Assembly (NCBI GenBank): GCA_002348095.1
Contig: DDYT01000065.1
Location: 91,526 to 155,525 of the forward strand
Origin: Erysipelotrichaceae bacterium UBA2227
GTDB taxonomy: Bacteria; Bacillota_I; Bacilli_A; Erysipelotrichales; Erysipelotrichaceae
Direction: 5' to 3'
DNA: 64,000 bases
The stretch's first letter is position 1. Each line of letters starts with the position of its first letter. The translations under genes were made by a program, and so were the position numbers. Below the pieces are notes generated by a model. The model was given only the letters and a program-made list of their open reading frames with translations. It made no database searches and was not told the DNA's origin. This document shows, piece after piece, positions 33,832 to 44,350 of the stretch.

Positions 33832-34821
33832 ATGCAAATATCAAATGATCGGTATCTGAAAATCATGTACAATCGTGCAGGGAAAAGCGGGGTTCATCTT
33901 CCGGCGATTTCCATGGGATTATGGCACAATTTTGGAATGAATGAATCCTTCAAGAACATGCGTGAGATGGTAGCGTTTTGTTTTAATCATGGCATCGTGC
34001 ATTTCGATTTAGCAAATAATTACGGTCCTCCGGGAGGTGCTGCCGAAACAAACCTCGGTAAAATCATGCAGATGGACTTAAAATCTTATCGTGACGAACT
34101 TTTGATATCCACCAAGGCCGGATATGGGATGTGGCCAGGACCATATGGTGATTGGGGAAGCAGGAAATACCTTATTTCCAGTTGTGATCAGAGTCTGATG
34201 CGGCTAGGCTTAACCTATGTAGACATCTTTTATCATCATCGCTTTGATCCGCACACGGACTTAAATGAGACAGTCGGTGCTCTTGCTCATCTGGTGCAAC
34301 AGGGGAAGGCGCTTTATATCGGATTATCCAACTATCCGAAAGAACCTCTGCGAGAAGCTGTCGATTTATTAAGAAAACAAAATATTCCGGTCGTACTCGG
34401 ACAATATCGTTACAATATGATGTATCCTCAGTTTGAAACCGAGGGTGTAAAATCAACACTTGAAGAACTTGGAGTAGGTTCGATCGTCTTCAGCCCGTTA
34501 GCTCAAGGTTTGCTGACTGACCGTTATTTTAAGGATATTCCGGAAGATTCGCGGATTAAAAAAGGAACAGGATTCCTAAAAGAGGAAGCTCTGACGCCAA
34601 GACTGAAACAACAACTGTTTGAGTTAAATGAAATCGCTAAGAAGCGCGGACAAACATTGGCTCAAATGGCAGTTGCCTGGTTGATAAACAAAAATGTTAC
34701 ATCTGTTTTGATCGGAGCCAGCAAGGTGGAACAGATTGAGGACAATATTGATGCTTTGAATCATACCCAGTTCACCAAGGATGAGCTGAAAATCATCAGC
34801 GATATACTCAAAAATGACTAA
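33832..34821 (+). CDS. Aldo/keto reductase (YghZ/Kv-beta-like subfamily)
   Basis: GLWHNFG, FDLANNYGPPGG, STKAGY and YHHRFD motifs. The start is placed at ATG 33832 after GAGGGG. Confidence 0.85.
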   Translation: MQISNDRYLKIMYNRAGKSGVHLPAISMGLWHNFGMNESFKNMREMVAFCFNHGIVHFDLANNYGPPGGAAETNLGKIMQMDLKSYRDELLISTKAGYGMWPGPYGDWGSRKYLISSCDQSLMRLGLTYVDIFYHHRFDPHTDLNETVGALAHLVQQGKALYIGLSNYPKEPLREAVDLLRKQNIPVVLGQYRYNMMYPQFETEGVKSTLEELGVGSIVFSPLAQGLLTDRYFKDIPEDSRIKKGTGFLKEEALTPRLKQQLFELNEIAKKRGQTLAQMAVAWLINKNVTSVLIGASKVEQIEDNIDALNHTQFTKDELKIISDILKND

Positions 34822-34846
34822 AGATCGTTTCTCAACGATCTTTTTT
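34820..34846. terminator. Bidirectional terminator between the aldo/keto reductase and CYTH genes
   Basis: AAAGATCGTT-TCTC-AACGATCTTTTTT. Confidence 0.75.
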
Positions 34847-35377
34847 ATACATTATCATACGCTCGAATTTGGTTTTTGCCTGTACATATTTAACATTGCA
34901 TGATTCCAGAAGAACTCTAAAGCGATTCTCGGCATTTTTATGATAAGCAGATAGTTCATACTCTAATTCATAATCAGTCACTCCGCCAAACTCGTTTTCA
35001 TCCAGACACCATTCACCATACTCATCTGTATACTTTCTTCGATACGTTTCGGATGTTCCGATGGGAAGAAGCGGGGATGTGATTCCGTGATGTCTAAAGA
35101 AAGATAAAATGATCGGGTCATTAATGTCATCGCTTATAAGAGGACATTCAAACTCATTAAGTCCTTGGTCAGCCGGTGTTTTTAACGTAAACTCGAAGTT
35201 TCCAGCAGCTTCGCGGATGCGACACATCCAATGTCTCTTCTGTAATTCGCCGTTTACGGTATCATAGTATGTATTTTTTTGCAATTTAGGTAATGAAAAC
35301 GGCAATTTCTTAGCGATAATTACAAATTGCTCATGGTTTAGTAAACACTTAAGTTCGATTTCCAAGTTTTCCTTCAT
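34832..35377 (-). CDS. CYTH-domain protein (triphosphate tunnel metalloenzyme, YjbK-like)
   Basis: N-terminal EIELK (ExExK) signature and length of 181 aa. It is divergent from nadK, as yjbK is from ppnKA in Bacillus. Confidence 0.75.
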   Translation of the reverse strand: MKENLEIELKCLLNHEQFVIIAKKLPFSLPKLQKNTYYDTVNGELQKRHWMCRIREAAGNFEFTLKTPADQGLNEFECPLISDDINDPIILSFFRHHGITSPLLPIGTSETYRRKYTDEYGEWCLDENEFGGVTDYELEYELSAYHKNAENRFRVLLESCNVKYVQAKTKFERMIMYKKDR

Positions 35378-35435
35378 GTTCTCAACCTCTCAAGGTTATG
35401 ATACAATAGAGACACATGAAAAGGAAGTGTTTGCC

Positions 35436-36218
35436 ATGGAACGATTCACGGTTGTGACCCGGGAGGACGATACGTCGGTGTCTCTAGGCAGAAAAATCAG
35501 CAATCATTTGACAGCCCGGAATAAGATTTTCGATCAGATTCATCCGGAAATCATTATAAGTGTCGGTGGGGACGGAACGATGTTGCATGCTTTGCATCAG
35601 CATATGCATCAGATTGACAAGGTACATTTTGTGGGAATACACACCGGAACACTCGGGTTCTTTACGGATTATCAGGAGAGCGAACTGGAAACCCTGTTAG
35701 ATGACTTGGTTTTCGGGCAACCGACGACGGAAGAAGTGCAGCTTCTGGAAGTTAAACGTTTCAATGGCGACCGATTTGAGGTCTTATACGCAATAAATGA
35801 GGCAAGGGTTGAGAATATCATCAAAACACAGAGCATCGATGTTTGGATTGATACCGAGTATCTCGAGACCTTCCGAGGCAACGGCTTATGTGTCAGCACA
35901 CAAATCGGATCAACAGCATACAATCGGTCCTTGCGAGGAGCCGTACTGTTGCCATCCATACGTGCCATGCAACTGACAGAAGTAGCAGGTATCCACCACA
36001 AGTTATCACGATCTTTATCAACGTCTTTGGTCATCCCCGAGAATTATCTAATCCGTTTTGAGAGCAAATCATACTATGATTCAATCCTTTGTTATGATCA
36101 TTTACATGTTCGATTGGACGGTGTCGATGCGATCGAGTTTCGATTATGCAAAAAGGCCGCTCGCTTTGCACGCTATCGACCGACCTCTTTTATTAAACGA
36201 TTGAATAACCTATACTGA
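35436..36218 (+). CDS. nadK: NAD kinase
   Basis: GGDGTML motif, NEARVEN, and STAYNRSLRG close to the TAYxxSxGGP-type motif. The start is placed at ATG 35436. Confidence 0.9.
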   Translation: MERFTVVTREDDTSVSLGRKISNHLTARNKIFDQIHPEIIISVGGDGTMLHALHQHMHQIDKVHFVGIHTGTLGFFTDYQESELETLLDDLVFGQPTTEEVQLLEVKRFNGDRFEVLYAINEARVENIIKTQSIDVWIDTEYLETFRGNGLCVSTQIGSTAYNRSLRGAVLLPSIRAMQLTEVAGIHHKLSRSLSTSLVIPENYLIRFESKSYYDSILCYDHLHVRLDGVDAIEFRLCKKAARFARYRPTSFIKRLNNLY

Positions 36219-36235
36219 CCCTCGATGAGGGTTTT

Positions 36236-37426
36236 TTAGTGAATGGTTTTATTTTTGATTTCATTACTCATATGATATACGATAGCTAAAGGAATCATAT
36301 AAGATAACAGTGAAGAACCGCCTGCGGATATCATCGGGAGTGTGATTCCGGTGATTGGAAGCAGTCCGACGACCATTCCCATATTTTGAAACTGCTGGAA
36401 GACGAGCATTCCCAAAAGTCCGGCAACCATATATCGTTCTCTAGGGTGCTCATAAGCAAGAGCAATACTTAACAGTTTTAGATCGAGCAAAAGATTCACG
36501 ATAAGTACGCTTGCGGTTCCGAAAAAACCGTAGTTTTTTCCGATAACGGCAAAGATAAAGTCATTTTGAGGCTCAAGCAGTGTAATCAGTACAGCTTCTT
36601 TTCCATGACCGGTCCAACCGGCTGATCCGATGGCTAACATAGCTGTATACAGCTGATTTCCCCAGGTATAAATGTATTTTTCAGTTGCTAACCAACCGTG
36701 GAAGCGATTCAATCGATAGGAGTTTCCCAAAATGCTTGCTAATGTCTCAGGCGATGTCTGATATAGATAGATCGCCCCACCGAATACAATGGCAACCAAC
36801 AGAAATCCGGCCAAAACCCACTGATATTTGATTCCGGATATAGCAAGGATGACCAATATGGTTACGATAATTACAATGGGGATACCGGTATCCGGTTGGA
36901 GAATAATGAGGATCAATGGGGGCAATACGTATTTTGCTACATTGAAAAACAAAATCATATCCGTTTTGAAACTAATGATCGTACGATTGCGATTATGTGC
37001 ATCGACAACGTTCGCAGTGATGATAATCAAGACGATTTTCATAAACTCACTTGGCTGAAGTGTGCCGATTCCCGGAAGGATAATCCAGGCGCGAGTACCA
37101 TTGAGCGGACGGATAAAAGGTAAATTGATGAATCGGTCTAAAAACAGCAAGAACAGTAAAAACATCAATACCCAATAAAACACTTGGACACCTGTAAACA
37201 GCCGATCGATACCAAAAAAAAGCAATCCGGCAAGTAGTAGAAATCCCAGAATAAACCATATTACCTGCTTGAATAAAATATCCTGACCATTGACGGCACT
37301 TGCAGTCAGAGGAATTGCACCTTGAATTGCGACGATGCTGAAAGTTGCCATGATCAACAGCAGAAGGGTCAGAGTTATATCTATCTTGAAAGATTTCTTT
37401 GTCTTTTCCGGTTTTTGAATCGTCAC
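36236..37426 (-). CDS. SEDS-family peptidoglycan glycosyltransferase (FtsW/RodA/SpoVE)
   Basis: 396 aa with about 10 TM helices, QPSEFMKI and LPITGITLPMISAGGSSLL signatures. GTG start with an AGGAG RBS. Confidence 0.85.
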   Translation of the reverse strand: MTIQKPEKTKKSFKIDITLTLLLLIMATFSIVAIQGAIPLTASAVNGQDILFKQVIWFILGFLLLAGLLFFGIDRLFTGVQVFYWVLMFLLFLLFLDRFINLPFIRPLNGTRAWIILPGIGTLQPSEFMKIVLIIITANVVDAHNRNRTIISFKTDMILFFNVAKYVLPPLILIILQPDTGIPIVIIVTILVILAISGIKYQWVLAGFLLVAIVFGGAIYLYQTSPETLASILGNSYRLNRFHGWLATEKYIYTWGNQLYTAMLAIGSAGWTGHGKEAVLITLLEPQNDFIFAVIGKNYGFFGTASVLIVNLLLDLKLLSIALAYEHPRERYMVAGLLGMLVFQQFQNMGMVVGLLPITGITLPMISAGGSSLLSYMIPLAIVYHMSNEIKNKTIH

Positions 37427-37504
37427 TGCAATACTCCTTGATGATTTGCTTCATTCGTTGTGTATAATTAAATATAATGGTATCATAGAATTCGAGGTGA
37501 TTGT

Positions 37505-39124
37505 ATGCGGAGATGGCATTCTTTTCTTGAAATCGTACAATTCCCGCTAAAAACCCTGTTTGTTTCGACAATCTTTATGGGTTTGGGTGGGCTGTTGCTG
37601 AATCCGAATCTGGCAACGATCGTCTCAATCGACAATCGTTGGGTTTTGACATTTGCAGAACTGCTCCGTTACTTTGGCGGAATGATGATTATCCTGTTTC
37701 CGTTATTGGTACTGATCAAAGCCTTATCCAAACGATATGAAGATTCCGTTCCGGTGTACATCGGAATCGTAGGCTATGTCGCTTTACATATTACCACAAT
37801 GTTCTTCTCTTTGGGTAGATTACAACCTTCCGCATACTATCCGGTTTTGGGTATATCTGTTGATTTGGCAGATATATTCCTCCCTGGGAGCGGGATTATC
37901 TATCCCATTCAAACAGGAATCATCTCAGCCGTATATTTAATCAATGTTACTCGATTCTGTTATCATCGCAGCAGAAAAGCAACCGATCACGGATTGCTTC
38001 CGTTTGTTGATAAGGATACTTGGGCTGCAATCGAGGTCATTTTATTCAGTATTCTCGGGGGTATCGGTATCAGTTATTTGTGGCCTTTTTTGCTGCAAGT
38101 CACAGACTTTGTTTTCCGATTTATTGCTTCGGACATAACCAATCCGGTAAATCTGTTCTTTTACGGAGTTACAGAGCGAATTCTTGCTGCGTTAAGCATG
38201 AGCCGACTCATTCGGGAACCCTTTTGGTTTGGTGTTTTCGGCGGTTCATGGATCGACAATATGGGGAATAACTTTCTAGGGGATGTTGCTGTTTGGACAG
38301 CACAAAGGGCTTCAGGCATCTATTCGCTAGGATTTGGCCGATTGATTACACCTTATTATGTGCTAAACATATTCGCTGTACCGGCATTTTTGATTGCTGC
38401 ATATCAAACATTTACGGACAAAATCAACAAACGCAGATACTTTTCATTTTTGCTGTTTGCGATTACTCTCTCGATTTTGTTTGGAACGCTTCTGCCGGTA
38501 GAAATATATATGTTGGTGGCAACCCCGTTGCTCTATGTCATTCATCTGTTTACGACAGGATTGCTGTTTGCTACATTTGAAGCGTTCAGCGTATCAGTAG
38601 GGTATACTTATTCGGGTCTTGAGTTAGTTGCAACGCCTGCAAGCCTGATAGATTTGGCTATATTCTGGCGCAATCCGATGATGCAACGCAGCCTGACGAT
38701 TATTTTACTGGTAGGAGCAGTGATGTTTATCTTCTACTATTTTGTGACACGCACGTATTATCGCAAAATTGCAGTAGATGCCATGAACATTGGAATAAAG
38801 GAAAAACAGATTCAAGCAATCATCGAGGCTTTTGGCGGGCTGAATAATATGAGAATGGCACATTCGTCACCGAATCGACTGACGATTCTTCCGTATGATA
38901 AATCATTGGTTGATTTCAAACGGGTTCATCTTGTCGGATTATATAAAATAGTAGAAACTCGAGCAGGATATTCCATGGCTTTCGGTTCTTGTTCCTACAT
39001 GCTTCGAAGTGATTTGGTCCGAAGGATGAGACAGCAGCAACGACAGTTACTCGATAACACACAAGCATTTGAAATCATCACGGATGAGATGTTAGCTCAA
39101 TCATCTGAGCAGAAACCTAAGTAG
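37505..39124 (+). CDS. PTS EIIC-like membrane protein with a degenerate C-terminal EIIB-like domain
   Basis: Polytopic, with FYGVTERI (38165-38179) resembling the EIIC GITEP motif. C-terminal IEAFGGLNNMRMAHSSPNRLTI aligns to the Glc-family EIIB pattern N-x6-C-x-TRLR, with Ser at the Cys position (38867-38869). Confidence 0.55.
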   Translation: MRRWHSFLEIVQFPLKTLFVSTIFMGLGGLLLNPNLATIVSIDNRWVLTFAELLRYFGGMMIILFPLLVLIKALSKRYEDSVPVYIGIVGYVALHITTMFFSLGRLQPSAYYPVLGISVDLADIFLPGSGIIYPIQTGIISAVYLINVTRFCYHRSRKATDHGLLPFVDKDTWAAIEVILFSILGGIGISYLWPFLLQVTDFVFRFIASDITNPVNLFFYGVTERILAALSMSRLIREPFWFGVFGGSWIDNMGNNFLGDVAVWTAQRASGIYSLGFGRLITPYYVLNIFAVPAFLIAAYQTFTDKINKRRYFSFLLFAITLSILFGTLLPVEIYMLVATPLLYVIHLFTTGLLFATFEAFSVSVGYTYSGLELVATPASLIDLAIFWRNPMMQRSLTIILLVGAVMFIFYYFVTRTYYRKIAVDAMNIGIKEKQIQAIIEAFGGLNNMRMAHSSPNRLTILPYDKSLVDFKRVHLVGLYKIVETRAGYSMAFGSCSYMLRSDLVRRMRQQQRQLLDNTQAFEIITDEMLAQSSEQKPK

Positions 39125-39180
39125 AGCGCTTCTCGGAGCGTTCTTTTTTTGTGATATAATAGGAACGATTGAGGTGTCCT

Positions 39181-41712
39181 ATGGAAAAACTTACCCCAAT
39201 GATGAAGCAGTATTTCGATGTTAAGAATAACTATCCAGACGCATTGTTGTTCTACCGCCTTGGAGATTTTTATGAGTTATTTTACGAGGATGCAAAACTC
39301 GTTTCTTTAGAGTGCGACTTAGTCCTGACTGCAAGAGGGTCTGGAAATGATCAAAAAGCTCCGATGTGCGGTGTTCCGCATCATGCAGTAACGCCATATA
39401 TTCAAAAACTGATCAGCAGAGGATATAAAGTGGCTATCGTCGAGCAGTTGGAGGATCCGGCACTAGCAAAAGGCATCGTAAAGCGCGATGTGATCAGAAT
39501 TATCACTCCGGGAACGGTCATGGATGAGAGTGCGGATGAGAAAAGCGAAGTTCTTATTGCAGCAGTCGAAGATGATATTACCGGATATGCAATTGCGGCT
39601 TGTGAAATGGCAAGTGGAAAAACGATCCTCAGAAGGATCGAGCATTCTCGATTCGAATTGATTCAATACTGTTTGAGAAATAATGTTCGTGAGATCGTTT
39701 TCCATTCTCAGATTCAAGAGCGTGTATTGAAGCGGATCCGCGAGATACCAAATCTTATGATCTCATTCTGTGACCAAGAGCAAATCGATGTTTTTTATCA
39801 GCCCTTGGTTGAGCATGTCCATCGGGATTCGTTAAAAACAGCCTACGGTCGTCTGATCAATTATCTGCAGTCCACGCAGTTTAAAACACTGACACATTTG
39901 CAAAGAGCAGAAATCGACGATACTCAGACGTATTGTGAATTAGATTTTTCGACCATATCCAATCTGGAGTTGCTTACGCCACTTCGGCCCAATGGAAAGA
40001 CTCAGACTTTGTTCAATTATTTGGACCGATGCAAAAGTGCCATGGGAAGTCGGCTGTTGAAAAGCTGGATTGAAAAGCCGCTGATTGATATGCAGGAAAT
40101 AAGCTTACGTCAAAATCAAGTGCAGTCGTTTGTTAAGGATTTCATATTGAAGGATCAGCTGATTCAACATTGCAAAGGCATCTATGATTTACAACGGATT
40201 TGCGCAAAAATTGCTTTTAAAAGTGCGGTTCCGCAAGATTTGGTAAGACTGATGCGTTCATTACGCCAAATAGGTCCGATGAAGGAGTCATTGAAAGGTT
40301 TAGACCCCTATCAATGGGTTGTAAAGATAGATCCGCTGGTTGATCTGTTGGCTTTACTTGAAACCCGGTTATCTGAAGAAGTACCGGCGACAGCGAAAGA
40401 AGGCGGTATTTTTATCGATGGATTTCATGAAACGTTGGATCATTATCGTGAAGTCATGACCGGAGGAAGCCGCTGGTTGTTGAATTTTGAGATTCGCGAG
40501 AAGGAGCGCACCGGAATCAAGAACCTGAAAGTCGGGTATAATCGTGTATTTGGCTATTATATTGAAATTTCCAAAGGAAATGCATCTCTTGTCAAAGATG
40601 ATTTTGGTTATATTCGCAAACAGACACTGACCAACGGTGAGCGATACATCAGCGAAGAGTTGAAAAGCAAAGAGGATGAATTGCTGCATGCCAAAGAGAG
40701 AGCCATTCGGCTTGAAGAAGAGTTGTTTAATACACTGATTGATGAAGTATCAGTTTTTCTGCCTAAGATTCAAGTTGTGGCAAACTTTGCTGCGCACATC
40801 GATGCCTTATGTGCGTTGGCTGAAATCAGCAGTCAAAGTGGTTTTGTCTTACCGAAACTGAATCAAAACCGATTGATTCATATTGAGGAAGGAAAACACC
40901 CCTTGCTGTCCATGTCACAGCTGAATCATGAGGTTGTATCAAATTCCTTGGAAATGAATGAAGAAGATGTCGTCTTTGTTCTTACCGGACCCAATATGGG
41001 GGGAAAAAGTACCTACATGAGGCAAATCGCACTTACGGCAATCATGGCACAAATGGGTTGCTATGTTCTGGCAAAAAAGGCATCTTTGCCGATCTTTGAT
41101 CGGATTTTTACCCGAATGGGCGCGAGTGATGATATATTGGGCGGTAAATCGACGTTTATGGTTGAAATGAACGAAGCCAATGCAGCCCTACAAAAGGCGA
41201 CATCCTCATCACTGATTTTGTTTGATGAAATTGGAAGAGGGACTTCAACCTATGACGGTATGGCTTTGGCGCAGGCAATCATTGAATACATTGCGACAAT
41301 AACAAAAGCTAAAACAATTTTTTCCACACATTATCACGAACTGACTGCATTAGCGGATTCATTGGTCGGGGTATCCAATGTGTTTGTTCAGGTATATGAG
41401 AAAGATGAGGAAATAACATTTTTATACCGGGTAAAGCGCGGTAAAGCTGATAAATCTTATGGGATCAACGTTGCACGATTAGCGCATCTTCCGGATGCGG
41501 TCATTCACCGTGCCAAAGACTTGCTGAAACAACTGGAAAGTCGTCGCAGAGTCGTACAACAGTCCATGGATGTCGTAGAGATCATTCATGTACCCAAACA
41601 TTTAGAAGAAATCCAAACGATTTTAAGTTCCTTACCCATTGATTCGATTACTCCTTTACAAGCGCTGACATTGCTTGATGAGCTCAAAGAAAAGTCAAAA
41701 GGAGGTAAGTAA
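39181..41712 (+). CDS. mutS: DNA mismatch repair protein MutS
   Basis: TPMMKQY, FYRLGDFYELF, GPNMGGKST Walker A and STFMVEM motifs. The start is placed at ATG 39181. Confidence 0.97.
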   Translation: MEKLTPMMKQYFDVKNNYPDALLFYRLGDFYELFYEDAKLVSLECDLVLTARGSGNDQKAPMCGVPHHAVTPYIQKLISRGYKVAIVEQLEDPALAKGIVKRDVIRIITPGTVMDESADEKSEVLIAAVEDDITGYAIAACEMASGKTILRRIEHSRFELIQYCLRNNVREIVFHSQIQERVLKRIREIPNLMISFCDQEQIDVFYQPLVEHVHRDSLKTAYGRLINYLQSTQFKTLTHLQRAEIDDTQTYCELDFSTISNLELLTPLRPNGKTQTLFNYLDRCKSAMGSRLLKSWIEKPLIDMQEISLRQNQVQSFVKDFILKDQLIQHCKGIYDLQRICAKIAFKSAVPQDLVRLMRSLRQIGPMKESLKGLDPYQWVVKIDPLVDLLALLETRLSEEVPATAKEGGIFIDGFHETLDHYREVMTGGSRWLLNFEIREKERTGIKNLKVGYNRVFGYYIEISKGNASLVKDDFGYIRKQTLTNGERYISEELKSKEDELLHAKERAIRLEEELFNTLIDEVSVFLPKIQVVANFAAHIDALCALAEISSQSGFVLPKLNQNRLIHIEEGKHPLLSMSQLNHEVVSNSLEMNEEDVVFVLTGPNMGGKSTYMRQIALTAIMAQMGCYVLAKKASLPIFDRIFTRMGASDDILGGKSTFMVEMNEANAALQKATSSSLILFDEIGRGTSTYDGMALAQAIIEYIATITKAKTIFSTHYHELTALADSLVGVSNVFVQVYEKDEEITFLYRVKRGKADKSYGINVARLAHLPDAVIHRAKDLLKQLESRRRVVQQSMDVVEIIHVPKHLEEIQTILSSLPIDSITPLQALTLLDELKEKSKGGK

Positions 41713-43451
41713 TGGGAATCATACGAAAATTAGATGATCATCTTACCAATATGATTGCAGCTGGAGAAGTTGTAGAGCGGCCTATGGGCGTGGTCAAGGA
41801 ACTGATTGAAAATGCGCTCGATGCACAGGCAAACCGAATTGAGGTTCGGATTACGGAAGGCGGATTAGGTTCAATCGTTGTTATTGATAATGGAATTGGC
41901 ATGGACCCTCAAGATGCCAGCCGGGCTTTTGAGCGACACTCCACAAGCAAAATCAAAGAAACCCAAGATTTATGGTCAATATCTACCTTAGGATTTCGCG
42001 GAGAGGCATTACCTTCCATCGCATCGGTTTCTCGCGTCGTATGTTTGACTAATGATGGGAATGCAGCCACACGGGTTGAAATCCATTTCGGTAAGTTGGT
42101 CAGCGTAGTGCCTTATGCCAGCCCGCTCGGAACACAAATCTCGGTGGAGGGATTATTTCTAAAAACACCTGCCCGACTTAAACATATGAAAAATGTTCAA
42201 TATGAAACGGCGATGATCGTTGATGTCGTTGAGAAGTTCTCCTTGTGTTATCCGGATATTGCTTTTGTTTTGGTATGTGATCAGAAAACCGTCGTTCAAA
42301 CCAATGGCAGCGGATCACTGAAAGAAGTGATTTTCCGTAAATACGGAACAGATGTAGCCAGACATGTGATCGAGTTTTCGCGTTCAAGTTATGATTTTAC
42401 GCTTTCCGGAGCAATCGTTTTACCCCATGTTTCACGATCTTCGCGTAATGACATGATTTGGTTTGCGAATCGACGGTTAATCCGATCGGTTCGGCTTCAG
42501 CGTGCGGTCATGCAGGCATACAGAGATTATCTTGCTGAGGATCGGTATCCCATCGTAGTATTAAATCTGACGATGGATCATCAGCTGGTAGATGTAAATG
42601 TACATCCGTCTAAATGGGAAATACGATTGTCGAAAGAACAACAGGCGGAAATATTCATTACAGATACGATTTCTGATGTCTTAAACCAAAATATGAGCCC
42701 GGTTGAAGTTCGTGATCATGTACTACGGTTACCGACACAGGAAATTTTAACATTTTTCCCACAGCAAAACGAAGCGATAATGACTGTCTCGGATGATTTG
42801 AGCCCATACAACGGGAAAATGGTAAGCGAAGTTCTTTCTGAAAATAAAGGCGAAGAAAAGAAAAATGTGTCAAATGCATTTTTAGAGATGACAGCATTGG
42901 CACAATTGCATCAAAAATATATATTGGCGCAAGCAGAGGCAGGCCTCTATGTTCTGGATCAGCATGCGGCCATGGAAAGAATCAGATATGAGCATTTTCA
43001 AAAGCAGTTAAACCAGGATAATCAGAGTATGCAGCCATTGTTGATTCCGGTGATTATCGAAGGAAGAAAAAAAACGTTAATGCGATTTGAAGAACTGTCA
43101 AAAATGTTGTCTGCCGTGAAAATTGATATCGAACTTTTTTCGGAATCTCAAATAATTATCCGTCAATTGCCGGTATGGATGAGTGATATCGATGCTCAGG
43201 CAGCCATTGAGGACTTATTTGATGCCTTTGAAGAGGATCGATGGAAAGATGAAGAAACATTACGGAAGTCTGCCCTGGCATCCATGGCCTGTCATAGTTC
43301 AGTTCGCTTCAATCAAAATCTGAGCAAAGAGCAGATGCAAAGTATTATTGATGGATTGGGGCAGTGTCAGCAACCATATCATTGTCCTCACGGCCGTCCG
43401 ACATTTGTATTGATTGATGCGCAGCGCCTACTAAAGGAGTTTAACCGATGA
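41712..43451 (+). CDS. mutL: DNA mismatch repair protein MutL
   Basis: IAAGEVVERP, ELIENALDA and DNGIGM GHKL motifs. C-terminal endonuclease motifs QHAAMERIRYE and CPHGRP. Confidence 0.95.
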   Translation: MGIIRKLDDHLTNMIAAGEVVERPMGVVKELIENALDAQANRIEVRITEGGLGSIVVIDNGIGMDPQDASRAFERHSTSKIKETQDLWSISTLGFRGEALPSIASVSRVVCLTNDGNAATRVEIHFGKLVSVVPYASPLGTQISVEGLFLKTPARLKHMKNVQYETAMIVDVVEKFSLCYPDIAFVLVCDQKTVVQTNGSGSLKEVIFRKYGTDVARHVIEFSRSSYDFTLSGAIVLPHVSRSSRNDMIWFANRRLIRSVRLQRAVMQAYRDYLAEDRYPIVVLNLTMDHQLVDVNVHPSKWEIRLSKEQQAEIFITDTISDVLNQNMSPVEVRDHVLRLPTQEILTFFPQQNEAIMTVSDDLSPYNGKMVSEVLSENKGEEKKNVSNAFLEMTALAQLHQKYILAQAEAGLYVLDQHAAMERIRYEHFQKQLNQDNQSMQPLLIPVIIEGRKKTLMRFEELSKMLSAVKIDIELFSESQIIIRQLPVWMSDIDAQAAIEDLFDAFEEDRWKDEETLRKSALASMACHSSVRFNQNLSKEQMQSIIDGLGQCQQPYHCPHGRPTFVLIDAQRLLKEFNR

Positions 43452-44350
43452 AGAAGGTTTTGGTTATTGCCGGAGTGACCGGAGTGGGAAAAAGCAACCT
43501 GGGGATTGAACTGGCAAAACGATATAACGGAGAAATCATCAGTGGTGACTCGGTAGCTGTCTACAAAGAACTAACGATCGGAAGCGCAAAAATGCGTGAT
43601 CATGAGATGGAAGGCATCGTTCATCACGGAATTGATTTGCTAGCCCTTAATCAGACGTTTAACGTACGTGATTTTCAAAGTTATGCCCGAGGGAAAATTG
43701 ATGAAATCACGGAAAAAGGGAAATTGCCGATTGTTGTGGGTGGCAGCGGGCTGTATATCCGTGCATTACTTTATGATTATGTTTTTGTTGATGAACAGCC
43801 TGCGGATATGAGTTGGGCTGAATCATTGAGCAATGAAGAGATTCACGAGCTGTTAAGAAAAAAAGATTCGCAACAAGCTGAAATCATACACACTAATAAT
43901 CGCAAACGTTTGTTACGTGCTCTGTCCATCTTCCATTCAACTCAGCAAAGCAAGACAGAATTGTTATCACAACAAAAACATCAGATGATTTTCGATGCGA
44001 AGATCGTTGCTTGTACGATGCCGCGTGAACTTCTTTATCAGCGGCTGAATCAACGTGTTGAAAATATGATTGAGAACGGATTACTTGATGAAGTAAGGGC
44101 AGCCGCAAATATCGCCGGATGGGATCATCCGGCGATGCTTGCGATCGGCTATAAAGAGTTTAGAAATTATTTTGATGGCAGTATAACGCTAGAAGATGCA
44201 ATTTCATTGGTACAGCGCAATACTCGTAGATTTGCGAAGCGTCAAATCACATGGTTCAAGCATCAGCTTCCATGCCGTTGGCTGGATATGAGTGATTTGC
44301 ATGACGTTAATCAGACAATCAGTGAGGTAAAAGAATGGATGAGTCGTTAG
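43448..44350 (+). CDS. miaA: tRNA dimethylallyltransferase
   Basis: GVTGVGKS P-loop, VGGSGLYI, and RQITWFK near the C-terminus. Confidence 0.9.
   Translation: MKKVLVIAGVTGVGKSNLGIELAKRYNGEIISGDSVAVYKELTIGSAKMRDHEMEGIVHHGIDLLALNQTFNVRDFQSYARGKIDEITEKGKLPIVVGGSGLYIRALLYDYVFVDEQPADMSWAESLSNEEIHELLRKKDSQQAEIIHTNNRKRLLRALSIFHSTQQSKTELLSQQKHQMIFDAKIVACTMPRELLYQRLNQRVENMIENGLLDEVRAAANIAGWDHPAMLAIGYKEFRNYFDGSITLEDAISLVQRNTRRFAKRQITWFKHQLPCRWLDMSDLHDVNQTISEVKEWMSR

Noticed and set aside
37047-37571. 174-aa minus-strand ORF overlapping the 5' part of the SEDS gene and the intergenic region
   Set aside because: It is an alternative frame of the same strand as the SEDS gene. The SEDS frame has the conserved motifs and an RBS, and this one has neither.
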